Source of the DNA: a virus
Virus genome (UHGV): UHGV-0229283
DNA length: 64,000 nt
Strand: one strand, 5' to 3'
Within the stretch, counting starts at the first letter, position 1. Every line of letters starts with the position of its first letter. Shown here in pieces: positions 1-9,307 of this stretch. Below the pieces are notes generated by a model. That model had not been told where the DNA came from and made no database searches. It saw only the letters and a program-made list of their open reading frames with translations. Made by a program: the position numbers and the translations under genes.

Positions 1-53
1 CGATAGTGTTCGTTCCGAACAGGCTGCATAACCATTTGAAAAATTTTCGGATT

Positions 54-365
54 TTATTCATTCCAATCTACCTCTTCAAGAATCTCTCTCCGTGGAGGAA
101 CAAGAACCCCGTTAGCTGCTAAAAGGTTAGCAAACTTCCGGTAAACATGCCGAGTTTCTTTTCCCGCCAGATGACACAGTTTGATCGCCCGAACATGCTT
201 GGCCTCTTCAGAGTACATATACTCATAATTGATTACCTTCGCTTGTTGTCGCGTTACACCAAGTAGTTCTGCGAAAACAGAGTGAGGATCAGCTTGTGGC
301 TTACCATAGGCCTCTGCCCAAGCATCTGGGACAAGACCACTAACACCAAGTTCATCAATTAGCAT
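54..365 (-). CDS. hypothetical protein (103 aa)
   Basis: Intact ORF co-oriented with and abutting neighbouring minus-strand genes; no recognisable motif. Confidence 0.45.
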   Translation of the reverse strand: MLIDELGVSGLVPDAWAEAYGKPQADPHSVFAELLGVTRQQAKVINYEYMYSEEAKHVRAIKLCHLAGKETRHVYRKFANLLAANGVLVPPRREILEEVDWNE

Positions 366-639
366 AAAATTCCTCCAAAACTTTCCAGATTGTATTTAAT
401 TCGCCCCCGGACATCAGGGACCAAATCACCATGTCCTGATAACCTTTACGGCAGATGTCAACCTGCCGGAATGCTTTGTGGAAACTTGGTGGATCGCGGA
501 AGTCCACTGGTAGGTCATCTACATTTTTCTTGAAATATGAGAGAACTAACTGTTCTTCCAGATTAGGATTGTCCCCTAAGCTTGCCTCATACATCTCAAC
601 AAACTTGGCACCTGTGCGTTCTTCACGAGTTAAAGCCAT
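355..639 (-). CDS. hypothetical protein (94 aa)
   Basis: Compact co-oriented ORF with a short overlap to its neighbour. Confidence 0.45.
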   Translation of the reverse strand: MALTREERTGAKFVEMYEASLGDNPNLEEQLVLSYFKKNVDDLPVDFRDPPSFHKAFRQVDICRKGYQDMVIWSLMSGGELNTIWKVLEEFYAN

Positions 640-998
640 TCTCCAGCCTCCATTTGTTTCGGTGTCAGAGTCTTTACCTGATTATCATCAACAGGTGCAA
701 ATCCAACAACAGGTTTATAACAGCGCTCTTTCTTTGCATCAAACACATAGAATGATGCCACAGCCTCTGGCTTTGCGCAAGTAGTATAATGGCGCTTATA
801 CATTCCATAACCACCTAAGTAAGTCACTGCCCAGAACATTACCCCAAATATTACGGCTGAAAACACATAAGAGGCCACTTTTCCCTTCCAAGTAAGCCCT
901 CCCGACAATAACCATCCTATGTAGGAAAACATAGCAAGCGGGATCAGGCTAGATACCCAATTGTGATTCATTGTAAACCATTCCCAGAATCCAATCAT
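630..998 (-). CDS. small integral membrane protein (122 aa)
   Basis: Several long hydrophobic stretches (WEWFTMNHNWVSSLIPLAMFSYIGWLLSGG; VFSAVIFGVMFWAVTYLGG). Confidence 0.45.
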   Translation of the reverse strand: MIGFWEWFTMNHNWVSSLIPLAMFSYIGWLLSGGLTWKGKVASYVFSAVIFGVMFWAVTYLGGYGMYKRHYTTCAKPEAVASFYVFDAKKERCYKPVVGFAPVDDNQVKTLTPKQMEAGEWL

Positions 999-1687
999 AT
1001 ATTACCCCCTCCAAAATTGGTTGTTTCACGTAAATTTGAAATGTCTTCCAGTATACCGTCTACAACTTCCGTAAAGCGTTGAATCACTCGCACATCCTTG
1101 TAGGGTTGTTTCTCATAACCAGTCAGCAAGCGAAATATGTTCCTGCACTTTTCTTTTTGCCATGCCAGATGGGCCAATTGCGGATTCTCATAGTAGCCAA
1201 GACTTTTATATTTATTCTCGACCATTATGTAGGCTCTGTATTTCATTCTTGATGAAACCCAGCTAACTCCCAGTGGTAGCTCTTTAATATTCTCTTTTTG
1301 GTGAGATAGTACAGAATTCAATGTTGATGGAACCAGAATGCAAGTGACAGGCGAGTACAGTTTACCATTCCCCAGTATGTCCTTGTCAAGTTGAAACTTT
1401 ACTTCACGTTCTTTAATGGGTAAGTCCAGCTCTTTCAGCCATATATCGTGTTGTTTTTGACTCTGCACCCAAAGTTTAAAAGCCATGAATGAGTGCCAAC
1501 TAGTATCCACAATACAACCCAAATAGGATGGATCACTTTTACCATAACAACGTTTCAACATACTCTTCCACAGAACAAAGTAAGGGCATTTTTTAGCGTG
1601 TACTGTCCTGCCTGCCACTCTTTTACCCGGTTCGGTAACATAGGGGGCGTCATTAACGCCCACCCCGTACACTAGTTTTCTAGCCAT
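995..1687 (-). CDS. AP2-like DNA-binding domain protein, homing-endonuclease-associated family, paralog 1
   Basis: Start at the internal Met (MARKLVYGVGVNDAPY) avoids overlap with pnuC. The YGVGVNDA..W.SML.RCY...Y.G..V...W..F..F..W pattern is that of the AP2-type DNA-binding domain found in phage HNH homing endonucleases. Paralogous to 34269..34895 and 40732..41310. Confidence 0.5.
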   Translation of the reverse strand: MARKLVYGVGVNDAPYVTEPGKRVAGRTVHAKKCPYFVLWKSMLKRCYGKSDPSYLGCIVDTSWHSFMAFKLWVQSQKQHDIWLKELDLPIKEREVKFQLDKDILGNGKLYSPVTCILVPSTLNSVLSHQKENIKELPLGVSWVSSRMKYRAYIMVENKYKSLGYYENPQLAHLAWQKEKCRNIFRLLTGYEKQPYKDVRVIQRFTEVVDGILEDISNLRETTNFGGGNI

Positions 1688-2384
1688 TCTTTCTCCATTT
1701 ATACCAACCATAAAGAGAGTTAAGCCAGAATGTGACCCACATAGCCAAAATTGCAGAACCAGCTCCTTGATGATGAATCGTAGCTTGTACCCACATAACA
1801 ATTGCAACAGTGTTCACCAGTAGCCAAATCAGCCATTGTTCTGCATAACGAACCATCATCAGGTAGGTTGCCAGAACCGACAGGATTGCTGTAGCAGAAT
1901 CGAGACCCGGCATACTCCCTTTCAGCAGGCTAACGAACTCGGCGTATAATCCGATAGTCACCAATGTCCCGATACCAACAATCCAGCGCTGTTTTGTGGT
2001 CAGATACTTCTTGATGACATCCGCACGTTCACCATCCGCAGAGACGGTTAACTTACGCGCCCAGATTACCCCACCAATGACCTGCATGGGGGTGAACAAC
2101 AGGGTGTACATAATCGTCTCACCGTACAACTTGTACGTGAAGGAGATATATGCATACAGCACCGTTGCCACAAAGCCCCAGTAATAACTGGAGAGCTTAC
2201 CTTTTGCCACCAGGATAGCTCCGATGATCCCGGTAACAGAAGAGATGAACTCTACTAACCCACCGCCCATAGTCAAGGAGACAATGGCGATCGATGCCGA
2301 GCAGATGAGGAGCCAAAGATATTCAAGTTTTGACCAGCCATAAAAGTCGGTCCACGCTGTCTTAATGTACAGATTTGTGTTCAT
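1680..2384 (-). CDS. pnuC: PnuC-like nicotinamide riboside transporter
   Basis: 234 aa polytopic membrane protein. The segment VRYAEQWLIWLLVNTVAIVMWV resembles E. coli PnuC RKYVENWLLWVIINVISVVIF. A YGWYKW motif is present. It sits about 1.5 kb from a nadR-like gene. Confidence 0.7.
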   Translation of the reverse strand: MNTNLYIKTAWTDFYGWSKLEYLWLLICSASIAIVSLTMGGGLVEFISSVTGIIGAILVAKGKLSSYYWGFVATVLYAYISFTYKLYGETIMYTLLFTPMQVIGGVIWARKLTVSADGERADVIKKYLTTKQRWIVGIGTLVTIGLYAEFVSLLKGSMPGLDSATAILSVLATYLMMVRYAEQWLIWLLVNTVAIVMWVQATIHHQGAGSAILAMWVTFWLNSLYGWYKWRKNG

Positions 2385-2386
2385 GG

Positions 2387-2644
2387 TTATTCTCCTGTTA
2401 ATCGTTTAAGAAGCGCTTCGATTTTAGGATTCGCTGCGCCGTTACCGTATAACTTATACTTCAGATCCAACACTGCGTCAAGCAGTTCTGGTGCTGCTGC
2501 GATAAGATTTGCATCTTCAATACTATTAATCTCTGAACACACGTCGCTGTAAGATCGCCACCCGGAACCTACCTCAAGAGAGCCTGAGACAATGACCTTT
2601 ATTTCATCGTCATCATGAAATACTTCCCATGTATCTTTAGCCAT
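2387..2644 (-). CDS. hypothetical protein (85 aa)
   Basis: Co-oriented compact ORF. Confidence 0.4.
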   Translation of the reverse strand: MAKDTWEVFHDDDEIKVIVSGSLEVGSGWRSYSDVCSEINSIEDANLIAAAPELLDAVLDLKYKLYGNGAANPKIEALLKRLTGE

Positions 2645-2873
2645 TTTTGCGCCCCTTTTTCTTTTTATTTTTCATTTCTGACCGAACTTTAGTTTGCCAA
2701 GCCATTGCTTCGTCAACAGCATTCGGTCCGTCAAAAACTTGGTTCTTCTCATCTGACTTGAACACAAAATTAGTACCTTTGTTATCCATTGCCTGGAAAA
2801 CCCAGCCTGTCAGTGTCTCCTCGATGATCTTACCGCCGATCAGCAGACCATTACTCTTTGCATGAATTGCCAT
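2637..2873 (-). CDS. hypothetical protein (about 78 aa; start moved to internal Met MAIHAKS with GGAGGG RBS)
   Basis: An internal ATG is preceded by GGAGGG. The longer ORF would overlap its neighbour. Confidence 0.35.
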   Translation of the reverse strand: MAIHAKSNGLLIGGKIIEETLTGWVFQAMDNKGTNFVFKSDEKNQVFDGPNAVDEAMAWQTKVRSEMKNKKKKGRKNG

Positions 2874-2875
2874 TT

Positions 2876-3025
2876 TTAACCCTCCATTACAACTGGTAAG
2901 ACAGACCTGATCCCATCTCGCCATGCTAACCAACACATCACTTGTAGGTTTTCACGCTCCTCTGCATCTGGAAAAAGATGTGCGGGTGCGTTTTTATCAA
3001 ACCAGCCCATAAATTCTTTAGACAT
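2876..3025 (-). CDS. hypothetical small protein (about 49 aa; start at MSKEFMGWF with AGGAGT RBS)
   Basis: An internal ATG with a good RBS removes overlap with 3018..3356. Confidence 0.3.
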   Translation of the reverse strand: MSKEFMGWFDKNAPAHLFPDAEERENLQVMCWLAWRDGIRSVLPVVMEG

Positions 3026-3356
3026 TTTGACTCCTCTGTTTTGCCCATTCGATTGCCGCAAGTATCACATCACAGTGACATGCTACCTCTTTGTTCGGCT
3101 GTTTACAGAAGCATACAAGGTCTTTACCATCCAAGTCAAGCAAATCTTGAATAGTAATTTTCCCCGAACGTATCTGTTGCCATAACCATACACGGTATCG
3201 TTCAATGGTTGCTCCACGGGGTTCATCTTTCGACAACTTATATGGATTGGCAAATTTAGATTGCTTCAAGCCTAGATGGGGCATTGCTCGCCCCATGTAT
3301 TCAGCATTCTCAGGTATCACTTTACCGATGTGGTAAAAGTTGAGAACTTTAGCCAT
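3018..3356 (-). CDS. DUF4326-like phage protein
   Basis: The C-terminal CFCKQ....CHCDVIL motif is typical of the DUF4326 family (recalled from memory). Confidence 0.4.
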   Translation of the reverse strand: MAKVLNFYHIGKVIPENAEYMGRAMPHLGLKQSKFANPYKLSKDEPRGATIERYRVWLWQQIRSGKITIQDLLDLDGKDLVCFCKQPNKEVACHCDVILAAIEWAKQRSQNV

Positions 3357-3594
3357 TGACCAGTTCCGGATGTAGGCGACGGTACAACTCCTGAGTCAAC
3401 TCGCGAATCCAGATAACGATAGGGACTTGCAGATAAGTATCCAGCAGGTCAGAAGGGTCATCTGTCCCAGGTTCTACCAGCAACCAGTTTATAGCGTTAA
3501 CAATATGCTCATCAGACATGTGGCTAATTCGCATATCAAAACCCTCCTGGGTTTTCCAGACCAGGGTCGGCTTAGTTTGCTCCATCTTTATCAC
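3349..3594 (-). CDS. hypothetical protein (81 aa)
   Basis: Co-oriented ORF. Confidence 0.4.
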   Translation of the reverse strand: MIKMEQTKPTLVWKTQEGFDMRISHMSDEHIVNAINWLLVEPGTDDPSDLLDTYLQVPIVIWIRELTQELYRRLHPELVNG

Positions 3595-3937
3595 CTTTCA
3601 GATATGCGATGATCCAGTCTGCCGCTTCTTCGAACCCCTCATAACCAAAGAATTTCCGGCGATTGAAATAGGTATCGTCCGTAGGGATGTTGGTTTGGAA
3701 ATTGAAGTCCCGTGTTGACCCATAGTACACAGTGATCTGGTCACTGTTACGGCATTCAGAGAATGACACTTGACGACAATTATCTTGCCCACCTGAGTAG
3801 TCCAACTTCATGATGGAGAAGCCCTGCTCACGGCAGTTCGCATAGGCCTGGAGGCCCTGGCCTAACTCTGGAGCTTTTTCAAGGACGAGCTTTAATACAC
3901 CAAACGCTTGGTACATACTTGAGTTTGTAACATCCAT
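3572..3937 (-). CDS. hypothetical protein (121 aa)
   Basis: Co-oriented ORF abutting nadR. Confidence 0.45.
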   Translation of the reverse strand: MDVTNSSMYQAFGVLKLVLEKAPELGQGLQAYANCREQGFSIMKLDYSGGQDNCRQVSFSECRNSDQITVYYGSTRDFNFQTNIPTDDTYFNRRKFFGYEGFEEAADWIIAYLKGDKDGAN

Positions 3938-3938
3938 C

Positions 3939-5012
3939 TTATTCTCCTTTTATATTCAGCAATTTACGGACAGCTTCTTCGGCTTTCTGAGTACGTTCTT
4001 TGTAATCACTGCCGGAGATAACCACCACCTTGCTTGTATCGTAAGATGTCCTGATCATTGTGTCAAGCAAAGAATGTGTTTCTTTACGCTTTTCTGGCGT
4101 ATCCTGCAAGCGAAGAGGATCAGCAACCCACGGGACCTCTGGTGTTAGGAACAGGAATAGGTCGTAGAAGTTGTAGCTCTCTTCACGGCTCAGTGTGCGG
4201 AACAGAAGATCGGAGTAGTCGATCTTGTCTGCACAAATACCAGAGAAATGAGTGATCAGGTTTGTGGTGTCAGAGAACATAACCCCACAACCACCCCAAC
4301 CAGCTAACTCCATTTCCTTCAGGCGATGCTCCATTGCGATACGAAGATAGTCTCCACGAGACATTGCTAACTCACTGGAGTGGTATTCACGCTCACAGAT
4401 AAGCCTCCCGATCTCAGGAATCCAACCAGCACCGAAGGTATGCGCCAGATGTTTTGTCAGGGTTGTCTTGCCCGTACTCTCAACACCAATGATGGCAACC
4501 TTCTTCATGAAGCGCTTACGTGCAGGCCACGCTAGGTTGTAGAAGTTGTTGTACGGATCATTACGGATCATCGTGGCTGAGATAGGAACAGCTTTACGTT
4601 CTGCGTCGATAACTACATGCTTCGCTTCAGGGAAGAACTCACTGAAGTAAGACTCATACTCCGGCTCAGAAGAGAAAGCAAAATCGTACTTAACGAACGG
4701 TTGCTTTTCACGGATCAGTTTTGCATAGGCAGCACTGCCTTCAGGGTATCCTGGGATATTCGACTCATCAACGTAGTCAACCTTCACGTTGTCCAAGCCC
4801 TCATCGGCAATAACATCCAGCAGGTCACGATAGCGATCAGCAAGCCCCAGCTTTGGACGGACCCACTCTGGTTGTGCGTCAACAAACTTCTGGTCGTATG
4901 ACAGGAACAGGTACAGAGCACCAACCTGAGAAGCCGCCTGGCGAATGAATTCAATATGTCCGTTGGTCAGCGGTGCAAATTTTCCGAAGATAAGGCCACG
5001 GGTCATAGTCAT
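3939..5012 (-). CDS. nadR: NadR-like bifunctional NMN adenylyltransferase / ribosylnicotinamide kinase
   Basis: The N-terminal GKFAPLTNGHIEFI is the (H/T)xGH nucleotidyltransferase motif of NMNAT. The C-terminal GVESTGKTTL is the Walker A of the RNK domain. Length is 357 aa. Confidence 0.75.
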   Translation of the reverse strand: MTMTRGLIFGKFAPLTNGHIEFIRQAASQVGALYLFLSYDQKFVDAQPEWVRPKLGLADRYRDLLDVIADEGLDNVKVDYVDESNIPGYPEGSAAYAKLIREKQPFVKYDFAFSSEPEYESYFSEFFPEAKHVVIDAERKAVPISATMIRNDPYNNFYNLAWPARKRFMKKVAIIGVESTGKTTLTKHLAHTFGAGWIPEIGRLICEREYHSSELAMSRGDYLRIAMEHRLKEMELAGWGGCGVMFSDTTNLITHFSGICADKIDYSDLLFRTLSREESYNFYDLFLFLTPEVPWVADPLRLQDTPEKRKETHSLLDTMIRTSYDTSKVVVISGSDYKERTQKAEEAVRKLLNIKGE

Positions 5013-5257
5013 TTGCTTTTCTCCATTGATTCAAGGGCAATGCTGTATAGAACTTGAGTCTTCTTCATTTTGGCAAGTTCCACTTCAAGCTCTGCGATTT
5101 TAATTTTCAATTCAAGGGTGTCGCGTTTCAGTAGGGACTTTGCCAGTTCACTATCAACGGACTCGTTAATATCATTCGGGTTTGCTTCAGGATAAAACTC
5201 TGTTGCTTGTGCAGAGCAAGAAAGCGCGAGCAGGGTGGCTAGGATAATCTTTTTCAT
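5009..5257 (-). CDS. small secreted protein or lipoprotein with coiled-coil (82 aa)
   Basis: Signal peptide MKKIILATLLALSCSAQA with a possible lipobox Cys, followed by the heptad-like LELKIKIAELEVELAKMKK. Confidence 0.5.
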   Translation of the reverse strand: MKKIILATLLALSCSAQATEFYPEANPNDINESVDSELAKSLLKRDTLELKIKIAELEVELAKMKKTQVLYSIALESMEKSK

Positions 5258-5290
5258 TTGAATCTCCTCTTGAGATTATTTAGTCAGAAT

Positions 5291-5497
5291 TTAGTAGCGA
5301 GACCACTTCACGCGACCACCGTCGCAGACCAGTTTGTTCTCAACGACAATGCCATCCGCACTGTTTGCCAAGCGTTGTTCACCGTTAGGCTTACAATTAT
5401 GAGTGACGGTATCTGCTGTGTCAACAACAAAAAGCGCCACTACCACAATTATTCCAACGATTACTAAAGGTTTCACCCAAGGCATAAATCCACGCAT
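5291..5497 (-). CDS. small N-terminally anchored membrane protein (68 aa)
   Basis: Single N-terminal TM (PLVIVGIIVVVALFVV) followed by a short periplasmic tail; lies just upstream of the lipoprotein gene. Confidence 0.4.
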   Translation of the reverse strand: MRGFMPWVKPLVIVGIIVVVALFVVDTADTVTHNCKPNGEQRLANSADGIVVENKLVCDGGRVKWSRY

Positions 5498-5799
5498 TAT
5501 ACACCACCATTCTGTTCTAGCAAGAAAGCATATAGCTCAGTAATGATACCATCATCCAAGAAAGTCTCATATTCCCCAGTCGCACCACTTTCCTCCCACT
5601 CATCTAAACCAGTACGAGCGCCTCTAAGTGCGGCAGTCCATGCTTGAGGATACTGACCTTCATGACAGTTTTTCTGAATTTCTTTTGCGTATTCAAATAC
5701 TTTAACAGCTGGAAGCTCTTCAGTGAATTCATTAAACAAGGTGAATTCTTCACTTTTGAAAATGGTATCGTCTTTTTGAAAACCAAGGGTACGTTTCAT
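5497..5799 (-). CDS. hypothetical protein (100 aa)
   Basis: Co-oriented ORF. Confidence 0.45.
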   Translation of the reverse strand: MKRTLGFQKDDTIFKSEEFTLFNEFTEELPAVKVFEYAKEIQKNCHEGQYPQAWTAALRGARTGLDEWEESGATGEYETFLDDGIITELYAFLLEQNGGV

Positions 5800-5868
5800 T
5801 TTTTCTCCTGTTGGTGGTAGTCACTTAACAATAAAGCCCCTCAACCATGAAGTCAAGGGGCTTTTGAA

Positions 5869-6228
5869 TTATTTTTGCAGATGCTTAATGTAGTCCCGCA
5901 AACCGCAAATCATATTATATTTTACCGTTTCTTCTTCGGTGAGCGGCCTGACTTCTTCATCCACACCAACATTGTTGTGGTGGTCCCACCCGGCGTCTAC
6001 ATGGACAAGTACAAGAAACTGTTCATACCCTCTTTTACGTGTTTCCCACACGGCCCGCTCACCAGTAAAATCTGCTGGCAAGCTATAGATGAAGTTCCTC
6101 AGCAGTTCTTTGGTGAGGACATCTGCGAGGTAGTCTGGTGTTTGTGCCTTGACAATATTCATGATCTCTTCATCAGAGATATCTACTTCCACATTCTGTA
6201 CAATAGTTTGTTTGCCAGTTACTTTCAT
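5869..6228 (-). CDS. hypothetical protein (119 aa)
   Basis: Co-oriented ORF. Confidence 0.45.
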   Translation of the reverse strand: MKVTGKQTIVQNVEVDISDEEIMNIVKAQTPDYLADVLTKELLRNFIYSLPADFTGERAVWETRKRGYEQFLVLVHVDAGWDHHNNVGVDEEVRPLTEEETVKYNMICGLRDYIKHLQK

Positions 6229-6273
6229 TTATCCTCCAACACAAAAATGCCCCGAAGGGCCTTGGCGGGCAGA

Positions 6274-6678
6274 TTACAGAGATTCCAGCTCTTTCAGGAT
6301 CTCTTCACGAGACATCGCTGCATCTTTCTCGTTATCCTTCTCTGCCAGCAGGTCCAGAAGTTTACGCTTACGCTCAACCTTCTCTTTCGCTGCCTGGCGA
6401 TCCGCGATCTCCGCTTTACGCACCGAGATGATGTACTTCAGGATATCCAGCTTCAGGTTTGCTTCGCCATTTACAGCACTGGCCTCGACAACGAAACTTT
6501 CTTCAGCAGATGCTTTCACATCACGGTTAGCCAGTTTGGAAACCGTATCCAGGCTGGTATTACCAGTCATCGGCAGATCCCACAGATCTTCTGTGGTCAG
6601 TAGACCTTTCGGGCTTGCAAAACGCAGTTTTTTACGGGTAGCCAGTTCGAACAGGGTCGGTGCGTTGATGATAGCCAT
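6274..6678 (-). CDS. hypothetical protein (134 aa), charged coiled-coil C-terminus
   Basis: Co-oriented ORF with a KE-rich C-terminal helix. Confidence 0.45.
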   Translation of the reverse strand: MAIINAPTLFELATRKKLRFASPKGLLTTEDLWDLPMTGNTSLDTVSKLANRDVKASAEESFVVEASAVNGEANLKLDILKYIISVRKAEIADRQAAKEKVERKRKLLDLLAEKDNEKDAAMSREEILKELESL

Positions 6679-6695
6679 TGTTTTGTTTCTCCTCT

Positions 6696-6914
6696 TTAGT
6701 TTTTTAAGATGCCGCGCTCTTCAAGAATCGCGACTAATTGTGCTTCTGTTGCCCGGTAAGTGAAGGAGTGCAACATCTTCTTTGCAGTAATGTATGCACA
6801 CCCGAACTCTTTACACACTCTTTTGTAAGGATTCTCAACCTCTGGGGAAGAGAACCCTTCCAGACATGCAACAAGTCTATCAGTTACCGGGGTTGGTTGC
6901 AACCCCGTTTTCAT
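6696..6914 (-). CDS. hypothetical protein (72 aa)
   Basis: Its start is coupled to the stop of the 676 aa gene. Confidence 0.35.
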   Translation of the reverse strand: MKTGLQPTPVTDRLVACLEGFSSPEVENPYKRVCKEFGCAYITAKKMLHSFTYRATEAQLVAILEERGILKN

Positions 6915-8944
6915 CAGAATTTAATCTTCAGGGTGCGGTTGAAAGAACCAGTAACCTTCACAACCAACTCGTTACGCTGGGTAGACGAGAAGCCCAGGCC
7001 GCTCAGTTGATCAGTGGAGTGTTCAGCTTTGAGCTTGGAACCCAACACTTCGAACACTTTACGATGCTCATGCAGCTCGTCACGCAGATACTCATTATAG
7101 AAGCCACGAGTATCGTCAGGGTTAATGCAACCTTCCAGCATAAAGAAGTAGTGTTTGTTACCTTTGGTCTGACCATCCCAGAAGTTAGGAGAATTCAGCA
7201 CCAGAGAAACTTTCTGGAAGGTCTCGGTAGAGACGCCCCATACTTCTTTCGATTGCTTAGTATGCCCGATGCTGTCTACAATTTCAACACCTTTCGCACG
7301 AGAATACTTAAAGGTTACAACGGTCTGGCTCTTGCTATTACCCAAAGCTTGCGGGTATGCAAAGTTGAACACTTGGCCTTTGTATTCCATCTGTACTTCG
7401 AAGCCAACGCGATCAGTCATGCGCTTATTATAGTTGTTAACAACAACCTTGTAAACACCTTCCGTGATATTACGCTCATTTTCCCACGTAACGTTCTCAA
7501 CCGGATGGTGTGCGTCTGACTTGCCATAGGCATTCATATCCACATCCAGCGTACCCGTTGAGCGACCACGTTTGTTACCGAAGTAAATTTGACCGCCACC
7601 AGGCTCGAATACGTGCAGGTCGAGGTCATCACTGTTGTACCAGGACAACGAAACACGCAGGTCACCAGTCACGCTACCGCCAGCGGCTTTCACACGCTCC
7701 TTGATGGAGTCAGTTACTTCGCCATTATACGACCAGGAGAAGCCGTTATCCCATTTGAACAGGTTAGGAGCACCTGCGTTTGCCGGGGCAACCAGGCTCA
7801 TCAGGTTCGGTGTCAGACGACCTTCAACCAGCGCTTCGATAGTGTCCGCTTTCGGCAGAACGTTATTGATGAAATCCTCAATGCTGATCTCTTCTACTTT
7901 CGACAGTGACTTCGGCGCGTTTTTGGTTGACGCTGCCAGTTGCTCGAATACGTTCATCTGGGCCTTTGCAGAACGGTCAGCAAACAACACGTTGTTGATC
8001 GTCAGGTCAGAGGTCACCGCAAAGCGACGTGCCAGAGATTCAGTCAAGCCGAGGGCTTCAACCTTCTCTTGTGCTGCCTTGATCATGCCCGGAGTTACCA
8101 GAGCTGTAGTACGCTTGTAGTTGGTCCCTGAGACTTTGTCTTCAAAGGACTTCACTGCGGCTTCAAGATCAATACCTTCTGCCAGATCGCTCATCAGTGT
8201 ACCGATGACATCATTACGGAAGCGGCCCAGTTTACCCAGCGTTTCACTTTGTTTCCAGCAGAAGTTCATTCGCTGATCTTCCGGCGTTTTGTCGTATGCA
8301 CGTTTCGCCTTAATAAAGGCAGCAACAATGTGCTTTTTCTCATCACCACGGTACAGAGAGCCTTGGTTGATCAGGTCCATTACCGTTTCGGCAGAGTCCA
8401 TATCGATATCTTTCAGAGAACGTGCCAGCACAGTTGCGTTGTCACGGTACTCACCCAGGGCAGAAGGGATATCTTCACCACGTTTAACCAGTTCGCGAGG
8501 CAGGGCCTGATGGAAGTGGGTCCAGGTTTTGGTTTTCCCATTTTCCAGGAGAACTACGTTGCTCTCAGTACCAACGCGGCCTTCGAAGTGGAAGAAGCGA
8601 TCGCGGATCTCGGCGCTTTCAACACGCGCTTTCATCGCATCGGCAACAACTTGGTAGTAACCACCAACTTTAACGTCCCAAATAGAGACCAGCTTGCCGT
8701 TGTGAATCGCGACTACTCGGCCCAGAGTACGGATGTAGCTCTTGCAGCAGTTACAGTCATATTCACGGCGCTCTTTATACATCAGATTGGTGCCTTCCGG
8801 GAAAGAGTCGAGGTACAGATCGTACAGTTCATCTTTCGGTACATCGACCGTGTAAAGCGCACCCAGCGCTTGCATGACAGCGAACTGAGCTTTCAGAGCT
8901 TTTACGAAGTCAGCGTAAGGTACGGTTTCATATTTTGCGGTCAT
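6914..8944 (-). CDS. large hypothetical protein (676 aa) with DUF2135-like C-terminal domain
   Basis: Long intact ORF. The C-terminal LRVSLSWYNSDDLDLHVFEPGG...GTLDVDMNAYG resembles the DLDLhV motif of DUF2135/YfaP-type domains (recalled from memory). Confidence 0.55.
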   Translation of the reverse strand: MTAKYETVPYADFVKALKAQFAVMQALGALYTVDVPKDELYDLYLDSFPEGTNLMYKERREYDCNCCKSYIRTLGRVVAIHNGKLVSIWDVKVGGYYQVVADAMKARVESAEIRDRFFHFEGRVGTESNVVLLENGKTKTWTHFHQALPRELVKRGEDIPSALGEYRDNATVLARSLKDIDMDSAETVMDLINQGSLYRGDEKKHIVAAFIKAKRAYDKTPEDQRMNFCWKQSETLGKLGRFRNDVIGTLMSDLAEGIDLEAAVKSFEDKVSGTNYKRTTALVTPGMIKAAQEKVEALGLTESLARRFAVTSDLTINNVLFADRSAKAQMNVFEQLAASTKNAPKSLSKVEEISIEDFINNVLPKADTIEALVEGRLTPNLMSLVAPANAGAPNLFKWDNGFSWSYNGEVTDSIKERVKAAGGSVTGDLRVSLSWYNSDDLDLHVFEPGGGQIYFGNKRGRSTGTLDVDMNAYGKSDAHHPVENVTWENERNITEGVYKVVVNNYNKRMTDRVGFEVQMEYKGQVFNFAYPQALGNSKSQTVVTFKYSRAKGVEIVDSIGHTKQSKEVWGVSTETFQKVSLVLNSPNFWDGQTKGNKHYFFMLEGCINPDDTRGFYNEYLRDELHEHRKVFEVLGSKLKAEHSTDQLSGLGFSSTQRNELVVKVTGSFNRTLKIKF

Positions 8945-9039
8945 TTCGTTCTCCTGTTTGTGAAGTTATTTTGAAGCGAGGTCTCTCGTCTTCATGTGAT
9001 ACACTTTAATGCTATTCGAAACGGCTGTCAACACTATTT

Positions 9040-9267
9040 TTAAATTTCTTGCAAATATTCAATCATGGTCTCTAAGCTTTTATTCTTATAGCGTCTAGAA
9101 GCCAATGACCAGCCGGGGTACTCATTGTCGGTATCGGTAGTGTACACCATCCACTCCCCTGCAACTTTCCTGAAAAAGCTGACATAGTACGCCCAATTAC
9201 CGCCCGGAGTAGGATGTCCTGGATACATAAAATAATGGGTTGCTTCTTTAGGTTTGTTCGGAAACAT
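9040..9267 (-). CDS. hypothetical protein (75 aa)
   Basis: Co-oriented ORF downstream of a terminator. Confidence 0.4.
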   Translation of the reverse strand: MFPNKPKEATHYFMYPGHPTPGGNWAYYVSFFRKVAGEWMVYTTDTDNEYPGWSLASRRYKNKSLETMIEYLQEI

Positions 9268-9280
9268 GATTTCTCCTATG

Positions 9281-9305
9281 AAAAAAAAAGGGCCGAAGCC
9301 CCTAT
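9281..9305 (-). terminator. rho-independent terminator after the DNA polymerase 3' exon
   Basis: The minus strand reads AGGGGCTTCGGCCC (UUCG tetraloop hairpin) followed by T9. Confidence 0.55.
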
Positions 9306-9307
9306 CG

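Noticed and set aside
5875-6763. Long plus-strand ORFs (242 aa and 204 aa) antisense to minus-strand genes
   Set aside because: They overlap better-supported co-oriented minus-strand genes. The 204 aa product is Ser/Arg-rich low complexity. These are likely antisense shadows.
7510-8974. Several plus-strand ORFs (64-241 aa) inside the 676 aa minus-strand gene
   Set aside because: They are antisense to a long, intact, well-supported gene. Their composition is Arg/Ser/Thr-rich, typical of antisense frames.
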